Notes: a model not told the origin generated them from the letters alone. Counted from the stretch's first letter, positions 30,255-41,069 are shown. The stretch: 64,000 nucleotides of DNA from an uncultured bacterium (GCA_963977015.1 CAXBMO010000001.1:352001-416000); one strand, 5' to 3'. Numbers and translations are program-made.

Positions 30255-30953
30255 TTAGGTTGCGGAGGTTAATTCCCCAGATTCCATTTTATCCCGAAAT
30301 TGGCGGCTCCATTTGCGGAACGCGGTCTTGGCCCGTCCCCAGCGGCTCAGGCCTCCAATGACCTCGTTCTTGCCGGTGCGATCCTTGTCAATGACTGCAA
30401 AATAACGCTCTTTGGTAACCGAATCCACAACCTCGGCTTGAATGGCGACGGAACCGGCTCCGGGGTAGCTTCCCTTGATCGCCTTGATGGCTTCTCCGGT
30501 GGCCAGGGAGACTGGCGCGAATCCGGTCGCGAACAAAACCGGCGTGTTCGGTTTCATCTCGACCACGGATGCTCGCACCGTCAGGCTTCCGTGCTCCGGC
30601 CGGCTCACCACCGTAAAGCTGGAGCTCAATTCTTCTTTGAGTGTTTGCTCGAAGGTGTCGGCCAGCATCTTTGCTTCGCTGTGGCTTGCGCCCTGCATTT
30701 TGGTGAAAATGCTGTCGTGCTCAACGGTTGTGCCGTGGACCGGAACGTTGGCCACGTAAACTTTGTCGTAGCGGCTCATCTTCTCCAAATCACCTTCGTA
30801 AACGAGTTTGCCCTGCATCGCAGATGGCTTGTCGAAGCCTTGGTAAGAAGAGAGAAACTTGGTTTCGGTTGGAGGGGAAACGGTGACGCAACTGGAGAGG
30901 CCCACCATGACGAGAATGAACAGAATGATTGTTTGTAGTTTCACGGCGAGCAA
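30255..30953 (-). CDS. DUF3313-like lipoprotein
   Basis: Lipobox LSSC, FLSSY, EVVDSVT, AFRKW. Confidence 0.75.
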   Translation of the reverse strand: MLAVKLQTIILFILVMVGLSSCVTVSPPTETKFLSSYQGFDKPSAMQGKLVYEGDLEKMSRYDKVYVANVPVHGTTVEHDSIFTKMQGASHSEAKMLADTFEQTLKEELSSSFTVVSRPEHGSLTVRASVVEMKPNTPVLFATGFAPVSLATGEAIKAIKGSYPGAGSVAIQAEVVDSVTKERYFAVIDKDRTGKNEVIGGLSRWGRAKTAFRKWSRQFRDKMESGELTSAT

Positions 30954-31067
30954 TTTAACAAACGATGAGCATAAAGAAATTAAAATATTATGGTTTTTAT
31001 AATATTTCGAAAATGTAAGATTTCTTTCAAGCTCCGCTCAAGCGTAAAATTGGCACGCAAGTAGGGC

Positions 31068-33500
31068 TCAATTGTTCGGAATGAGTCGCAATTCCTGACC
31101 GTTGACGTAGCCGCGCAACACCAGGTCCTCGTCTTCCTGATGGATCAAAACGGCTCCCGTTTCGCGCTGATCGAACAGTTCGATGGAGCGTTTCGCGACC
31201 ATCTTCCGCCACGCTGAGGAGATCGCCTGATTCTCCGGGAAGCCATCGTTTGTCGAAATGATCGCCTGGGGATCCACGGCAATCAGAAATTCCTCCAGTC
31301 CTGAGAAGTCGGCAACGTGGTGCGACTTCAACAGGACGTCCGCCTTCAAATCCCCGACATTCTCCAGCAGCCACTTTTCGGTCACAAAACCGCTATCGCT
31401 CATCGACAAAATCCGGAATCCGGACCACTCAATCATCAGGACGAGGCATTCATCATCGGCCACGGAAAGATCGACGTGATGGCTCGGCGGATAGAGCACA
31501 TCGATTTTTGCTTCATCGCTGATCTGAATTCCCGTTCCTCCGGCAATCTGGATGGAGGAGATATCCTGGCGCGCTTTGACCTTTTCCAGGTTTCGATAGG
31601 CTTGCGACATGCTGGGAAGCTGGGACGTCACCAGTTGATAGGGCGCATATTCGTCGATGAGCATCGGTGCGGCTCCGGTGTGTGCGGTATCACCGTGAGA
31701 AACGATGAAGCCATCGAGGCGCCCGATTCCCTGTTGGCGGAGCCAGGGTTGAATGATCGTTTGGAAACCGGATTCCGAGCCGCAATCGATCAACCAGGTC
31801 AGGTGATTTCCTGAGTTGGAATCGCGCACGTGGATTGCTTGTGGCGCGCAGCTTCGCCCGAGGTCGAACACGATCATTCCAGTCTCGGTCTGTTTTTGTG
31901 GAATCAAGTCGGCCAGCGGCGTCACCTGAAAATGAGCTGCGGGAAGTTGGGCGAAAAATACGGCGGTCTGCTGCAGGAGAAGCACGAGCCAGGCATTGAA
32001 CTGGTTCAGCCATGTTGAGACAAAGACGAGGTTGGTGGCGATTCCCACCATGCTCACCGTCGCGAAACAGATCACAAACCAGGCGATCGGGACGAGGAAA
32101 CAATTGGCGAGCAAGGCAACAGGAGTGATCAGCCCGAAATACCACCAAATGAAGGGAAGCGAGCCCAGCCAGGCCGACGCGGAGATGGAGAAAATATCGG
32201 CGACGCGGCGCCCTGAGTTGATTCCCAACCAGTGCCACGGCCCAATCAGCGTTGTCGGAATAAACGGATCCGGATCGATGATTCGGTGAAGCTGCTCGCG
32301 GAGAAAGGGGCCGATCAACCCAATCGAAACCAGCACGCAGAAGGACAGTTGAAAGCCAACCGCAAACAGCTGTCTCGTATCGAAGAGGAAGAGCAATAGT
32401 GCGGCAAACCCGAGGCTGTTGAGCAGGCGGGGCTTTCGGCGAAACCAGAATCCCGCCAGAAAGATCGTCGTCATCAACGCCGCACGAATTGCCGATGGAC
32501 GAAGGCCGGTGATAAAGGCATAACCGAGAACGCAGACAATGATCACGGCGATCGCGAAGCGTCGCGGCACTTTGATCGCCTGTAAAAGCATCCAAATCAC
32601 CATTCCGAAGATGCCGACATGCAATCCGCTAACCGCAAATATGTGCAGCGATCCACTGAGCCGAAATGGTTCCTCCGCCTCTGGGCTGGCTTCATTTCGC
32701 GCCCCCAGAACCATTGCCTTGAGAATTCCCGCTTGAGGGAGATTTTCGGGAAGCCCCTTGGTGATGGCGTTTCCAACCCAGCGTCGAGCCATCAGTGCCT
32801 GGTGAAAAATGCGATGCCATGGAGACTGCCCAATCACCTCAATTCGGTGATGGCTGGAGAGCCGGAGCTCGGCAACCACTCCGTTTGTGTTTCGGGCATA
32901 GTCCTTTCGTGAAAACTCGCCGGGATTCCGAGGGCTCGCAATTTGGGTCAACAACCCGTCCGCTTTCACGATATCGCCTTGGCGAAACGAATCTGACGCC
33001 CAAATGCGAATGCGATCCCGGGTGAAAAACTGCGTCCCGCCCCGGCTTAACTCATTCAAGCGAATCGTGAGGAGCGCCCGATCACTCGTCCTCGCCTGAA
33101 TCGGTTGTTCGACCACGGTTCCCAGGACCGAGACGGGGATGGAATCGTGTGGTTCACGTCCGCTCCAGATCGATTCCACGTGGCTGGTATCGAGCTGCTG
33201 AATTCGGTGGAGCCCCCCAAAACCGAGGAGAATGACGACGAGCAGCAGCGGCAAAAGCTTTGGCCGCCAGACTACTGCGGCAATTCCTGCCAGTGCCGGT
33301 ATCCACCAAGCCCAGGCCAGGAGAGGGAATTGATGGGCCAGGCTGATCCCCAAAACCGCAGCAAGCGCCGCAAAGAACAACGGATCTTTGGACAGTGCCG
33401 ATCGGAATTGACGAGAGACGAAGGCAACCATGAGAGACGAGAGCCACGCGAGATTAGGGAGAAAGTTGGACCCTGGCAAACGGGAAAACAGAAAGCTCAA
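31068..33500 (-). CDS. comEC: ComEC/Rec2 DNA-uptake competence protein
   Basis: RNPGEF, HIFAVSGLHVG, PSAIRA, GFQLSF, C-terminal metallo-beta-lactamase domain SHGDTAH. Start may be 33431. Confidence 0.93.
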   Translation of the reverse strand: MSFLFSRLPGSNFLPNLAWLSSLMVAFVSRQFRSALSKDPLFFAALAAVLGISLAHQFPLLAWAWWIPALAGIAAVVWRPKLLPLLLVVILLGFGGLHRIQQLDTSHVESIWSGREPHDSIPVSVLGTVVEQPIQARTSDRALLTIRLNELSRGGTQFFTRDRIRIWASDSFRQGDIVKADGLLTQIASPRNPGEFSRKDYARNTNGVVAELRLSSHHRIEVIGQSPWHRIFHQALMARRWVGNAITKGLPENLPQAGILKAMVLGARNEASPEAEEPFRLSGSLHIFAVSGLHVGIFGMVIWMLLQAIKVPRRFAIAVIIVCVLGYAFITGLRPSAIRAALMTTIFLAGFWFRRKPRLLNSLGFAALLLFLFDTRQLFAVGFQLSFCVLVSIGLIGPFLREQLHRIIDPDPFIPTTLIGPWHWLGINSGRRVADIFSISASAWLGSLPFIWWYFGLITPVALLANCFLVPIAWFVICFATVSMVGIATNLVFVSTWLNQFNAWLVLLLQQTAVFFAQLPAAHFQVTPLADLIPQKQTETGMIVFDLGRSCAPQAIHVRDSNSGNHLTWLIDCGSESGFQTIIQPWLRQQGIGRLDGFIVSHGDTAHTGAAPMLIDEYAPYQLVTSQLPSMSQAYRNLEKVKARQDISSIQIAGGTGIQISDEAKIDVLYPPSHHVDLSVADDECLVLMIEWSGFRILSMSDSGFVTEKWLLENVGDLKADVLLKSHHVADFSGLEEFLIAVDPQAIISTNDGFPENQAISSAWRKMVAKRSIELFDQRETGAVLIHQEDEDLVLRGYVNGQELRLIPNN

Positions 33501-33646
33501 TCGTGTGACTTGACGAAACCAAGACTTGCGCGATAATCTTCGCCCTGCTCACGCTCATAAGCGCGAAACGGGGGTGGTTAAGAGACCCCAAAAATGAGGA
33601 TTTCTTAATTGATCACCACTTGTTTCCAGTCTACATCTGGGCGCAT

Positions 33647-33720
33647 GCGGGTATAGCTTAACGGTAAAGCCCCAGCCTTCCAAGCTGGTTATGTCGGTTC
33701 GATTCCGTCTACCCGCTCCA
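33647..33720 (+). tRNA. tRNA-Gly (anticodon TCC)
   Basis: GCGGGTA/TACCCGC acceptor stem, anticodon arm CCAGC-CTTCCAA-GCTGG, GGTTCGATTCC T-arm, encoded CCA. Confidence 0.97.
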
Positions 33721-33741
33721 TTTTCACCCCGCGCCCCCAGA

Positions 33742-35400
33742 GTGTTGTTGAACGGATTTCCCAAAGATGGCTTGCTGCGTCTACTGATCATTGTTGCGGC
33801 ACTTTTCCAGCTTTGTGCATTTGCCGAACCGGCTCAAAACGATGACGTTGAATCGAAAGTCGCTGCGGCAATCCTCCAGTTGATCGCCCGGGGAGACGCG
33901 GAGCCAAGTGACGTCGGTATCTTGGTCGAAGACTTCATCATTGAGGACCCAAGCACTGCGCCCGGGGCTGTTCGAGGTGCGTTGGAATTACTCAAAGACT
34001 ACCCGGACGTGATCCAACGAGTGGTTCAGGGGGCCGTCGAGTTGGCTCCTGAGGAGGCAGAGAAAATTGTGGCAGTCTCGATTGAGGTTGCTGGTGATCA
34101 GGAAACGGTCATTAGGAAAAGTGCGGCCGATGCATTGGTTCCTCAGAAATCCGAGAGCGAACGAACTCCATTCGTCGAGGTCAGCAGTTTTGAGCCGGAA
34201 ACCGACCAGATTGATGAGGAGGCGCCTCTTCCGAAGTCGAAACCCAGTTTCGGAGCCCTTTTGGATCAACGGTTGACGGAATTCGCGGAAGCTGGAAGCG
34301 CAGTGATGGCTCCGGAATCAACGTCTCAGCCCAATTTGAAAGTCGAAGTTCAATCGGGCTACGACAGTAATCCAACGACGAGCGCGGACGGCGATGGTTC
34401 CGCCTCCGTGACGGGAAGAATGGGTGTTTCGCGAAATTGGGAAGGGCGCTCGATTCAGGTAGAGAGTGAAATCAGCGGCGGAGTGACGCATTTTTTTGAT
34501 GGGCAACCCAACCTGGACGGAACCTACTACGAAGCTTCATCTCGGCTGTTTGCCCAATACGCGGTGTCAGACCGGGTTTCTGTTTCGAACCAGTTTCAGT
34601 TCGAGCTCGATCACGAAGCCGATTTGTTGGGCGGGGTTGCGACCGCCCGTCGAGTTGGGCAATATCGACACCTCTACAATCGGGTTGCGATAGCGCTTCA
34701 GGCTTCAGATTCCGTCAGCGGGAGCCTTTCCTACGGGATCGGCAATATCGCTTTTGAAGAAGAGCCTCTCGCGAACAGTGAAGACCGCTTTTCCCACATC
34801 ATTGGTGCGATGGTGACAAAGCAGATTGGCTCAAAATCAGCCGTTTCAAACTCCTACCGATATTCGCTTACGAACTACGATTCAGCGGATCGGGATTATC
34901 GCAGCCACCTCGTCCTTTTGGGCGTTGATCACCAATTTACGCCTCATCTCTGGGGGAATCTGGGTGTTGGTGCGGAAATGCGGAGCTATCAGAACCCGCT
35001 GATTGGCCGGCAATCGCTCCCGTTTGTGGAGTCGAACCTGATTTTTCTTCGAAATTCAGCCGTTCAGCTCCGAATCTTTAATCGATTTGGACTCGATGAT
35101 CGCGAATTGGCGCTGCTTGGGTTCCAGACACGGCAAAGTTTTCGTTCCGGTGTCGAGATGGTCTTGGAGTTGTCTCCGAAAACCACGGTGACGACCGGAG
35201 TCGAGGTTCTACGCAGTGAGTTTGAGGGTGAATCAGAGTTGCACGAAGACGCCGTGCTCGCCGCAATCACCGGTCGCTATCAAGTGGGCGCCAACTTGTT
35301 CCTGGCCGCCGGCTATACCTTCACTTCAGCGATGTCCGATCAAGATGATCGAGACTTTGATCGCCATCGAGTCTGGACCGGCATCACCGGGGCTTTCTAG
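33742..35400 (+). CDS. Outer-membrane beta-barrel protein with N-terminal helical repeats (possibly polysaccharide-export associated)
   Basis: GYDSN, alternating beta strands, terminal Phe. The true start must follow the tRNA (GTG 33742 or TTG 33772). Confidence 0.7.
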   Translation: MLLNGFPKDGLLRLLIIVAALFQLCAFAEPAQNDDVESKVAAAILQLIARGDAEPSDVGILVEDFIIEDPSTAPGAVRGALELLKDYPDVIQRVVQGAVELAPEEAEKIVAVSIEVAGDQETVIRKSAADALVPQKSESERTPFVEVSSFEPETDQIDEEAPLPKSKPSFGALLDQRLTEFAEAGSAVMAPESTSQPNLKVEVQSGYDSNPTTSADGDGSASVTGRMGVSRNWEGRSIQVESEISGGVTHFFDGQPNLDGTYYEASSRLFAQYAVSDRVSVSNQFQFELDHEADLLGGVATARRVGQYRHLYNRVAIALQASDSVSGSLSYGIGNIAFEEEPLANSEDRFSHIIGAMVTKQIGSKSAVSNSYRYSLTNYDSADRDYRSHLVLLGVDHQFTPHLWGNLGVGAEMRSYQNPLIGRQSLPFVESNLIFLRNSAVQLRIFNRFGLDDRELALLGFQTRQSFRSGVEMVLELSPKTTVTTGVEVLRSEFEGESELHEDAVLAAITGRYQVGANLFLAAGYTFTSAMSDQDDRDFDRHRVWTGITGAF

Positions 35401-35412
35401 GATACAATCTAC

Positions 35413-35706
35413 CTAGCTTGCAACCTGGTAGTGCTGCAGGTAGATGTCCGTGTTCAGGTCGAGCTTGGTTTTGATCTTGGAAATCGTCGTCGGAGCAGCT
35501 TCAAAGTAGTAGTTTACGTAGTAACCACTCGCTTGCTTGCGGGCGTTATAGGCAAATTCCTTTTTTCCGAGCTGGTCGATGCGGTCCATTTTAGCGCCTT
35601 CGCCTTCCATCTCTTTTTCGACGGTCTTGACCAGTTTCTCGATGCCATCTTCGCCTTGGATGTTCAGCACGATTACGGCTTCGTATTTTTTCTTTTCGTC
35701 ACTCAT
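35413..35706 (-). CDS. rpsF: 30S ribosomal protein S6
   Basis: KYEAVIVL, LGKKEFAY, GYYV. Confidence 0.93.
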   Translation of the reverse strand: MSDEKKKYEAVIVLNIQGEDGIEKLVKTVEKEMEGEGAKMDRIDQLGKKEFAYNARKQASGYYVNYYFEAAPTTISKIKTKLDLNTDIYLQHYQVAS

Positions 35707-36376
35707 CGCAGTTAGGTTCCGGGGAAGTGGTTTCAGCAGAGCTAGATTCCTCAGCTTCTTCCTTCGGTTTGGTTCGTTGTTTTTTCTTGGATTTGGGTTT
35801 GCGGTTAAACTGATTCATTGCGGTATCGAGACCGCGATCGAGCGCACATTCTAGGGCGCTCTGAGCTTCTTGCAGCGTTTTTTCCAGGATTTCCTGCTCG
35901 CAGGTTTCGAACTTTCCCAGAACGTGGCCAATCATCTTTTTCGCGCCCTCGCTACGTCCAATTCCGACCTTGAGCCGGGGGAACGCCTGGGTTCCCAGAT
36001 GGCTGATGATTGACTTGATTCCATTGTGACCTCCGGCGGATCCATCTGCGCGAAACCGGAGGCTGCCCAAGGGCAAATCAACATCATCAGACACCACGAT
36101 GACTTGATCCGGGGATAACTGATAAAATTTGGAAACGGCTGCGACGGCTTTGCCGCTTTCGTTCATGAACGTTTGAGGCTTGAGAAAGAAGACGTCGCCA
36201 GACCTGAAAATCTGGGTGCTCCACTTCTTCTCTTCGGCCCAGGATTCACCAAGTTGATTCGCCATGCGATCAAGCAGCATGAATCCCACGTTGTGCCGCG
36301 TCTCCAGATACTTTCGACCTGGGTTGCCCAAGCCAGCAACGAGTCGAATTTTCGACGACTCGTCAGAGTTACTCAC
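35699..36376 (-). CDS. pth: Peptidyl-tRNA hydrolase
   Basis: GLGNPG..Y..TRHNVGF, KPQTFMNESG, GGHNGIKS. GTG start overlaps the rplY stop. Confidence 0.96.
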   Translation of the reverse strand: MSNSDESSKIRLVAGLGNPGRKYLETRHNVGFMLLDRMANQLGESWAEEKKWSTQIFRSGDVFFLKPQTFMNESGKAVAAVSKFYQLSPDQVIVVSDDVDLPLGSLRFRADGSAGGHNGIKSIISHLGTQAFPRLKVGIGRSEGAKKMIGHVLGKFETCEQEILEKTLQEAQSALECALDRGLDTAMNQFNRKPKSKKKQRTKPKEEAEESSSAETTSPEPNCDE

Positions 36377-37001
36377 CTGCTTCTGCGGCTGCTTCAGCCT
36401 CGCTTCCGCCGCCACCTGCAGCTTCAGCTTTCGCGGTCCGCGTCTCAGTCACCAGTGCGATGACGACCTGGCTTCCAACCGTTGGCGTAACGCCTTCAGG
36501 GAACTGCACATCTCCAACGTGGAGAGCTTGGCCCAGCTTGAGATGTTCGACATTGAAATCAAGTCTCTCAGGCAAATTCTTGGGAAGGCAGTTTACCTCC
36601 AGGGAGTGAATCTGATGCTCGAGCAATCCACCCATTTTCACCCCAGCTGGCTCGCCGTGGAGGTGAAGTGGAAGCAGCGCGCGAATTTCTTCGTCTTCCC
36701 GAACGGCTTGAAAATCGACGTGAGTGACAGCTCCGGAAAGAACGTGGTGCTGAACCGCTTGAATCAGAACCAACTTGTTTTTCTCTTTCGCTCCCTCAAC
36801 AACGAGGTCGACGAGAACGTTCTCACTCTCGGCGCTATGCAGGAGATCAGTGATTTCCTTCTCTTGGACTTGAACGGGATAGGTGCGCTGGCCCCCTCCG
36901 TAAATTACGCCGGGGACGATTCCCTGACGACGTAGTTTTTTGGCGACGCCGGTGCCGGTCTGTTCGCGCATTTCAGTCTGGAGTTGAAACTTCTGAGCCA
37001 T
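36369..37001 (-). CDS. rplY: 50S ribosomal protein L25 / Ctc
   Basis: LRRQGIVPGVIYG, HVDF, GVKMGG. Confidence 0.96.
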   Translation of the reverse strand: MAQKFQLQTEMREQTGTGVAKKLRRQGIVPGVIYGGGQRTYPVQVQEKEITDLLHSAESENVLVDLVVEGAKEKNKLVLIQAVQHHVLSGAVTHVDFQAVREDEEIRALLPLHLHGEPAGVKMGGLLEHQIHSLEVNCLPKNLPERLDFNVEHLKLGQALHVGDVQFPEGVTPTVGSQVVIALVTETRTAKAEAAGGGGSEAEAAAEAGE

Positions 37002-37098
37002 GATAGTTCGCTGTAAAAATAGGGCCTTGGGAGGCTGAAATTTCGTCCTTTAGGGAATTCCATCGGGACGAAGGGCGCGCATACTAAGCGTCGAATTT

Positions 37099-38046
37099 TC
37101 AAATGTCAAAAAGAGAACTCACTGAGCGTCGATCATGAATTCGACCGATGCCTTCGCCCAGCAATCCGGCGACGCTGACGACCGTGACTTTCTCGCCCAA
37201 TGCGAACGGTGTACTGTCCGTGCAAATCAGTTCGGAGACCTCGGAATTCTCCAGCCGCTGGCGTCCAAGATCGTTGAGAACTGCGTGGGAAACGGCCGCG
37301 CGAACGGACTTGGCGCCGTTTTGCATCAGCAACTTGGCGGCTTCATCAATCGTGCCGAACGATTCCGTGAGATCATCAATGATGAGCGCGTCGAGCCCCT
37401 TCACGTCCCCGATCAAATCGACGGCTTCCACTTCCGTCGCGCTGACACGGCGCTTCCCGACAATTGCCATCGGAACTTCCAGCGCACGAGCGTAGGCCTG
37501 CGTCATCTTCATGTTCCCGACATCCGGGGAAACGATGACCGAATTGTTCGAGCCAATCCCCATTTTCTTGAAATGCTTCACCAAGGTCGGCATCGCATAC
37601 AGATGATCGACGGGAATGTCGAAGAAACCCTGAATCTGGCCAGCGTGAAGATCCATCGTCAATACGCGGCTGACTCCGGATGCAACCAGCAGATTCGCGA
37701 CCAGCTTTGCGGTAATTGGAACCCGGGGCTGGTCTTTCCGATCCTGGCGCGCATAACCGAAAAACGGGATGACGGCAGTGATACGCTCGGCACTTGCTCG
37801 CCGGGCTGCATCCACCATGATGAAGAGTTCCATCAGGTGATGGTTGGTCGGCGGCGACGTCGCCTGAAAGATGAAGACATCCATTCCGCGGATGTTCTCG
37901 TTAATCTTCACGAAGGTCTCGCCATCAGGGAACGTCGTAACTAAGGCGTCCGTGCGTTGAATTCCCAGATGTTCGCAGACCCCATCGCAGAGTTTTATGT
38001 GGGAAGAGCCACTAAGGATCTTAAGGGTAGAGCGATTGGAATCCAT
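37099..38046 (-). CDS. prs: Ribose-phosphate pyrophosphokinase
   Basis: FPDGET, PFFGYARQDRK, DLHAGQIQGFF, VSPDVG. Confidence 0.97.
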   Translation of the reverse strand: MDSNRSTLKILSGSSHIKLCDGVCEHLGIQRTDALVTTFPDGETFVKINENIRGMDVFIFQATSPPTNHHLMELFIMVDAARRASAERITAVIPFFGYARQDRKDQPRVPITAKLVANLLVASGVSRVLTMDLHAGQIQGFFDIPVDHLYAMPTLVKHFKKMGIGSNNSVIVSPDVGNMKMTQAYARALEVPMAIVGKRRVSATEVEAVDLIGDVKGLDALIIDDLTESFGTIDEAAKLLMQNGAKSVRAAVSHAVLNDLGRQRLENSEVSELICTDSTPFALGEKVTVVSVAGLLGEGIGRIHDRRSVSSLFDI

Positions 38047-38212
38047 CAAGGTAGGCTGTCGGCGTTTTTGAGCCGATCTTCGGACCGATAGGGAGATTGG
38101 TAGGTGGCGCAAGGGAAAGGTTGATGAGATAGCGATCGCCTTGGAGATCAACAATCCAGCATCTGGCTTGTTTCCGATTCTTTTTCCTGCCACAGTTCGG
38201 CGAGCCAAATCG

Positions 38213-40618
38213 ATGATTCTTGCCAATACCCTCTACTTCCCGGAAATCGCCGATGGTTGGCGATGGGGACTCGTTGCGGGGGCGGTTGGTCTGCTTTTTC
38301 TGTTGTGGCTGGGGTATCGCAACCAGCAGTTGTCGACGGGAGTCAAATGGGCGTGTGCCTCGATCAAGTTCCTCGCGGTCACGCTCTTGTTGTTCATGTT
38401 GTTGGAGCCGATGTGGACGGGACAAACCGCCAAACCTGGTTCCAACGATTTTCTGCTGGTGGTTGATAACGGCGAAGGAATGCAAATTCACGATGGGGAA
38501 GAACTCGTCCGGGAACTTCAGATTGCGGCAGCCGAGCCAACTTCGTGGATTGGCCGGTTGGACGAACTTTTTCGCCTGGAGTCTTTCTCCTTCGACACCC
38601 GACTCCGCAAAGCAACGGGATTCGAGGATGTGGACCTCATGGGACAGCGGTCGGACCTCGTTCATGCCATCGAAAGTTTGGGCCTGCGCTATGCTAAACG
38701 CCCCCTCGCCGGAATCCTTCTGTTTTCGGATGGCAATGCAACCGACGCGGAAAATCTGGAATCGCTCGATCTGGACGTGCCGATCTTCCCGGTAGTGGTC
38801 GAAAGTGAAAAGGCGCTTCGAGACGCCGCGATCGGTTCCGTGGGCGTGACCCAAAGTGCCTTTGAGGATGCCCCGGTGTCAGTCGCTGCAACCGCAAGGG
38901 TGTTCGGGATGAAGGGGACGTCGATCGCGCTGACGATTTCTGATCGGGAAGGCAAAGAGATGCTTCGTGAGACTCACACCGTCGCGAGTGAAGAAGAAAG
39001 CCATCCGTTTCGGGGACGGTTTCGTCCGGCCAAACCCGGGATTTCGTTCTACAAGGTCGCGGTTCAGGATGCTGCGAATGCTGGAAATCCGAAACTCAAT
39101 ACTGCCGATTCGGCCGGTAAATCTTCCAAGGTCAGTGAAACCACATTGCGAAACAATACCCAATTCGTGGCGATCGATCGCGGCGAAGGCCCATACCGAA
39201 TTCTCTATCTGACAGGCCGCCCCAATTGGGAATACAAGTTCCTGCGACGAGCGCTCGAGCCTGACGATGAGCTGGACCTGGTCGGCTTGATTCGCGTTGC
39301 GAAACGGGAACCGAAATTCGAATGGCGCGGTCGAAAAGGGGAGTCGACCAATCCGCTTTTCCGGGGCTTTCAAAGCAATCGCACCGAAGAAGAGAAGTCC
39401 TATGATCAACCCGTCTTGATTCGCCTGGATACCAAGGATCGGGCGGAACTGCGTAATGGATTTCCCAAAGAGCGCGAAGAGCTGTTCAGCAACTACGATT
39501 GCATCGTGATCGATGATTTGGAGGCGGACTTCTTCACGGAAGATCAACAATTGCTCGTCGAGAAGTTCGTTTCGCTACGTGGCGGATCGCTCTTCATGCT
39601 CGGCGGTCAGGAGTCGTTGCAGTGGGGCGACTACAATCTCAAGCCGATTGGGCAAATGCTGCCGGTTTATCTCGATCAAATCTCGAGAACCCAGGTTTCC
39701 GGAAACGCGACGCTCAAGTTGACCCGGGAAGGATGGCTTGAGCCTTGGGCGCGCTTGCGATTGACCGAGGAAGAGGAGGAAATCCGGTTTGCGCACATGC
39801 CGGTTTTTCAGGCGCTCAATGAGTTGAAAGCGATCAAGCCCGGAGCCAGCCCGGTCCTGACCGCGATCGATGAAAACAAGCGCGAGTATCCTGCCTTGGT
39901 CGCGCACCGGTTTGGCGAAGGAAGAGTTGCCGTGATGACGATCGCCGATCTCTGGCGATGGGGAATGACCGATGAGTCGCTGCACGAGGATATGGACAAA
40001 TGGTGGCGGCAACTCGTCCGTTGGCTGGTGGTCGATGTTCCCGAATTCATTGAGGTGAAGACGGAATGGGAAGACGCGGGAGGGATTGCGAAACGAAAAA
40101 TCGAAGTTCGGATTCGCAACGGAGAGTTTCGTCCGGAAGAGAATGCAACGGTGGAACTCCAGATCACCAATGTCGCATTTGGGGAAGGCGATCCCGATGC
40201 CGAAAAGGCCGAGCCCAAAAAGCTCTTTGCCGAGCCGAGCCTGGAGGAACCAGGGTTGTTCGTCGCCGAGTTCGTATGCGCCAAGGCTGGGGCCTATCAC
40301 GTCAAGGCGATCGTCGATGATGCGGAAGGTGTCCGGCTCGGAAACGCGGAGGCGGGTTGGGCCTGGAATCCCGCCGCTGAAGAATTTGCGCACCTCCAGG
40401 CGAATCGAGCCTTTCTCACGGAACTCGCGGAGAAGTCAGGCGGGCGCGTGCTGGCGAAGTCAGAACTCGATGGATTTGTGAAAACGCTGCCGGAAATGGA
40501 AGTTCCCCTCACTGAAACCTGGGCGCGCCCGCTCTGGCACCAGCCCTGGGTTTTTCTCCTCGTGATTCTGCTTTTTTCGGGCGAATGGGCGTTGAGACGC
40601 TGGAAAGGACTGACCTGA
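38213..40618 (+). CDS. Membrane-anchored VWA-like + Ig-like + class I glutamine-amidotransferase-like protein (PVC type)
   Basis: N-terminal TMs, LFSDG, GRPNWEYKFLRR, FVSLRGG, GEGRV, C-terminal EWALRRWKGL. Confidence 0.75.
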   Translation: MILANTLYFPEIADGWRWGLVAGAVGLLFLLWLGYRNQQLSTGVKWACASIKFLAVTLLLFMLLEPMWTGQTAKPGSNDFLLVVDNGEGMQIHDGEELVRELQIAAAEPTSWIGRLDELFRLESFSFDTRLRKATGFEDVDLMGQRSDLVHAIESLGLRYAKRPLAGILLFSDGNATDAENLESLDLDVPIFPVVVESEKALRDAAIGSVGVTQSAFEDAPVSVAATARVFGMKGTSIALTISDREGKEMLRETHTVASEEESHPFRGRFRPAKPGISFYKVAVQDAANAGNPKLNTADSAGKSSKVSETTLRNNTQFVAIDRGEGPYRILYLTGRPNWEYKFLRRALEPDDELDLVGLIRVAKREPKFEWRGRKGESTNPLFRGFQSNRTEEEKSYDQPVLIRLDTKDRAELRNGFPKEREELFSNYDCIVIDDLEADFFTEDQQLLVEKFVSLRGGSLFMLGGQESLQWGDYNLKPIGQMLPVYLDQISRTQVSGNATLKLTREGWLEPWARLRLTEEEEEIRFAHMPVFQALNELKAIKPGASPVLTAIDENKREYPALVAHRFGEGRVAVMTIADLWRWGMTDESLHEDMDKWWRQLVRWLVVDVPEFIEVKTEWEDAGGIAKRKIEVRIRNGEFRPEENATVELQITNVAFGEGDPDAEKAEPKKLFAEPSLEEPGLFVAEFVCAKAGAYHVKAIVDDAEGVRLGNAEAGWAWNPAAEEFAHLQANRAFLTELAEKSGGRVLAKSELDGFVKTLPEMEVPLTETWARPLWHQPWVFLLVILLFSGEWALRRWKGLT

Positions 40619-40682
40619 CCATGAGGGCGCGATTAAAAATGAGGAACAACTTGCGCGTCCCGTCATCACTTTCAAACGCTCC

Positions 40683-41069
40683 CTAAAGCTGGCCGGAGAG
40701 CCGCTCTTCAATGCATTGAATCAAGACATCAAGATCGACCGGCTTGGCCAGCATGACTTCCTTGTCGCTCTCAACGACTTGTCCGGAGCCGGTGTCCGAC
40801 TTCGAAACCAGGGCGGTCAGCATGATCACCGGAACGGATTTCAGGGCGCGATCGGCTTTCAATTCAGCGAGAACATCACCGCCGTCTTTTCCCGGCATAA
40901 TGACATCGAGGATAATCAGGTGAGGGAGAAACTCTCGTGCCGTTTTAAGTGCATGGATCGATTGGTTTTCGACCATGACTTCATACTTTTCAGTGTCCTC
41001 AAGGTTGAGGCGTACTGCCATGGTTAGGGCAGCATCGTCATCGACGATGAGAATGCGTTTCTTAGTCAT
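40683..41069 (-). CDS. Single-domain response regulator
   Basis: ILIVDDD, LDVIMPGKDG, MLTA, KP. Confidence 0.92.
   Translation of the reverse strand: MTKKRILIVDDDAALTMAVRLNLEDTEKYEVMVENQSIHALKTAREFLPHLIILDVIMPGKDGGDVLAELKADRALKSVPVIMLTALVSKSDTGSGQVVESDKEVMLAKPVDLDVLIQCIEERLSGQL

Noticed and set aside
33647-33720. tRNA-Gly as an integration site for a genomic island
   Set aside because: No integrase and no duplicated tRNA 3' end were seen, and the flanks are comEC and an envelope gene.
33691-33741. ORF-track start of the beta-barrel gene
   Set aside because: It lies inside the tRNA, so the real start must be downstream.
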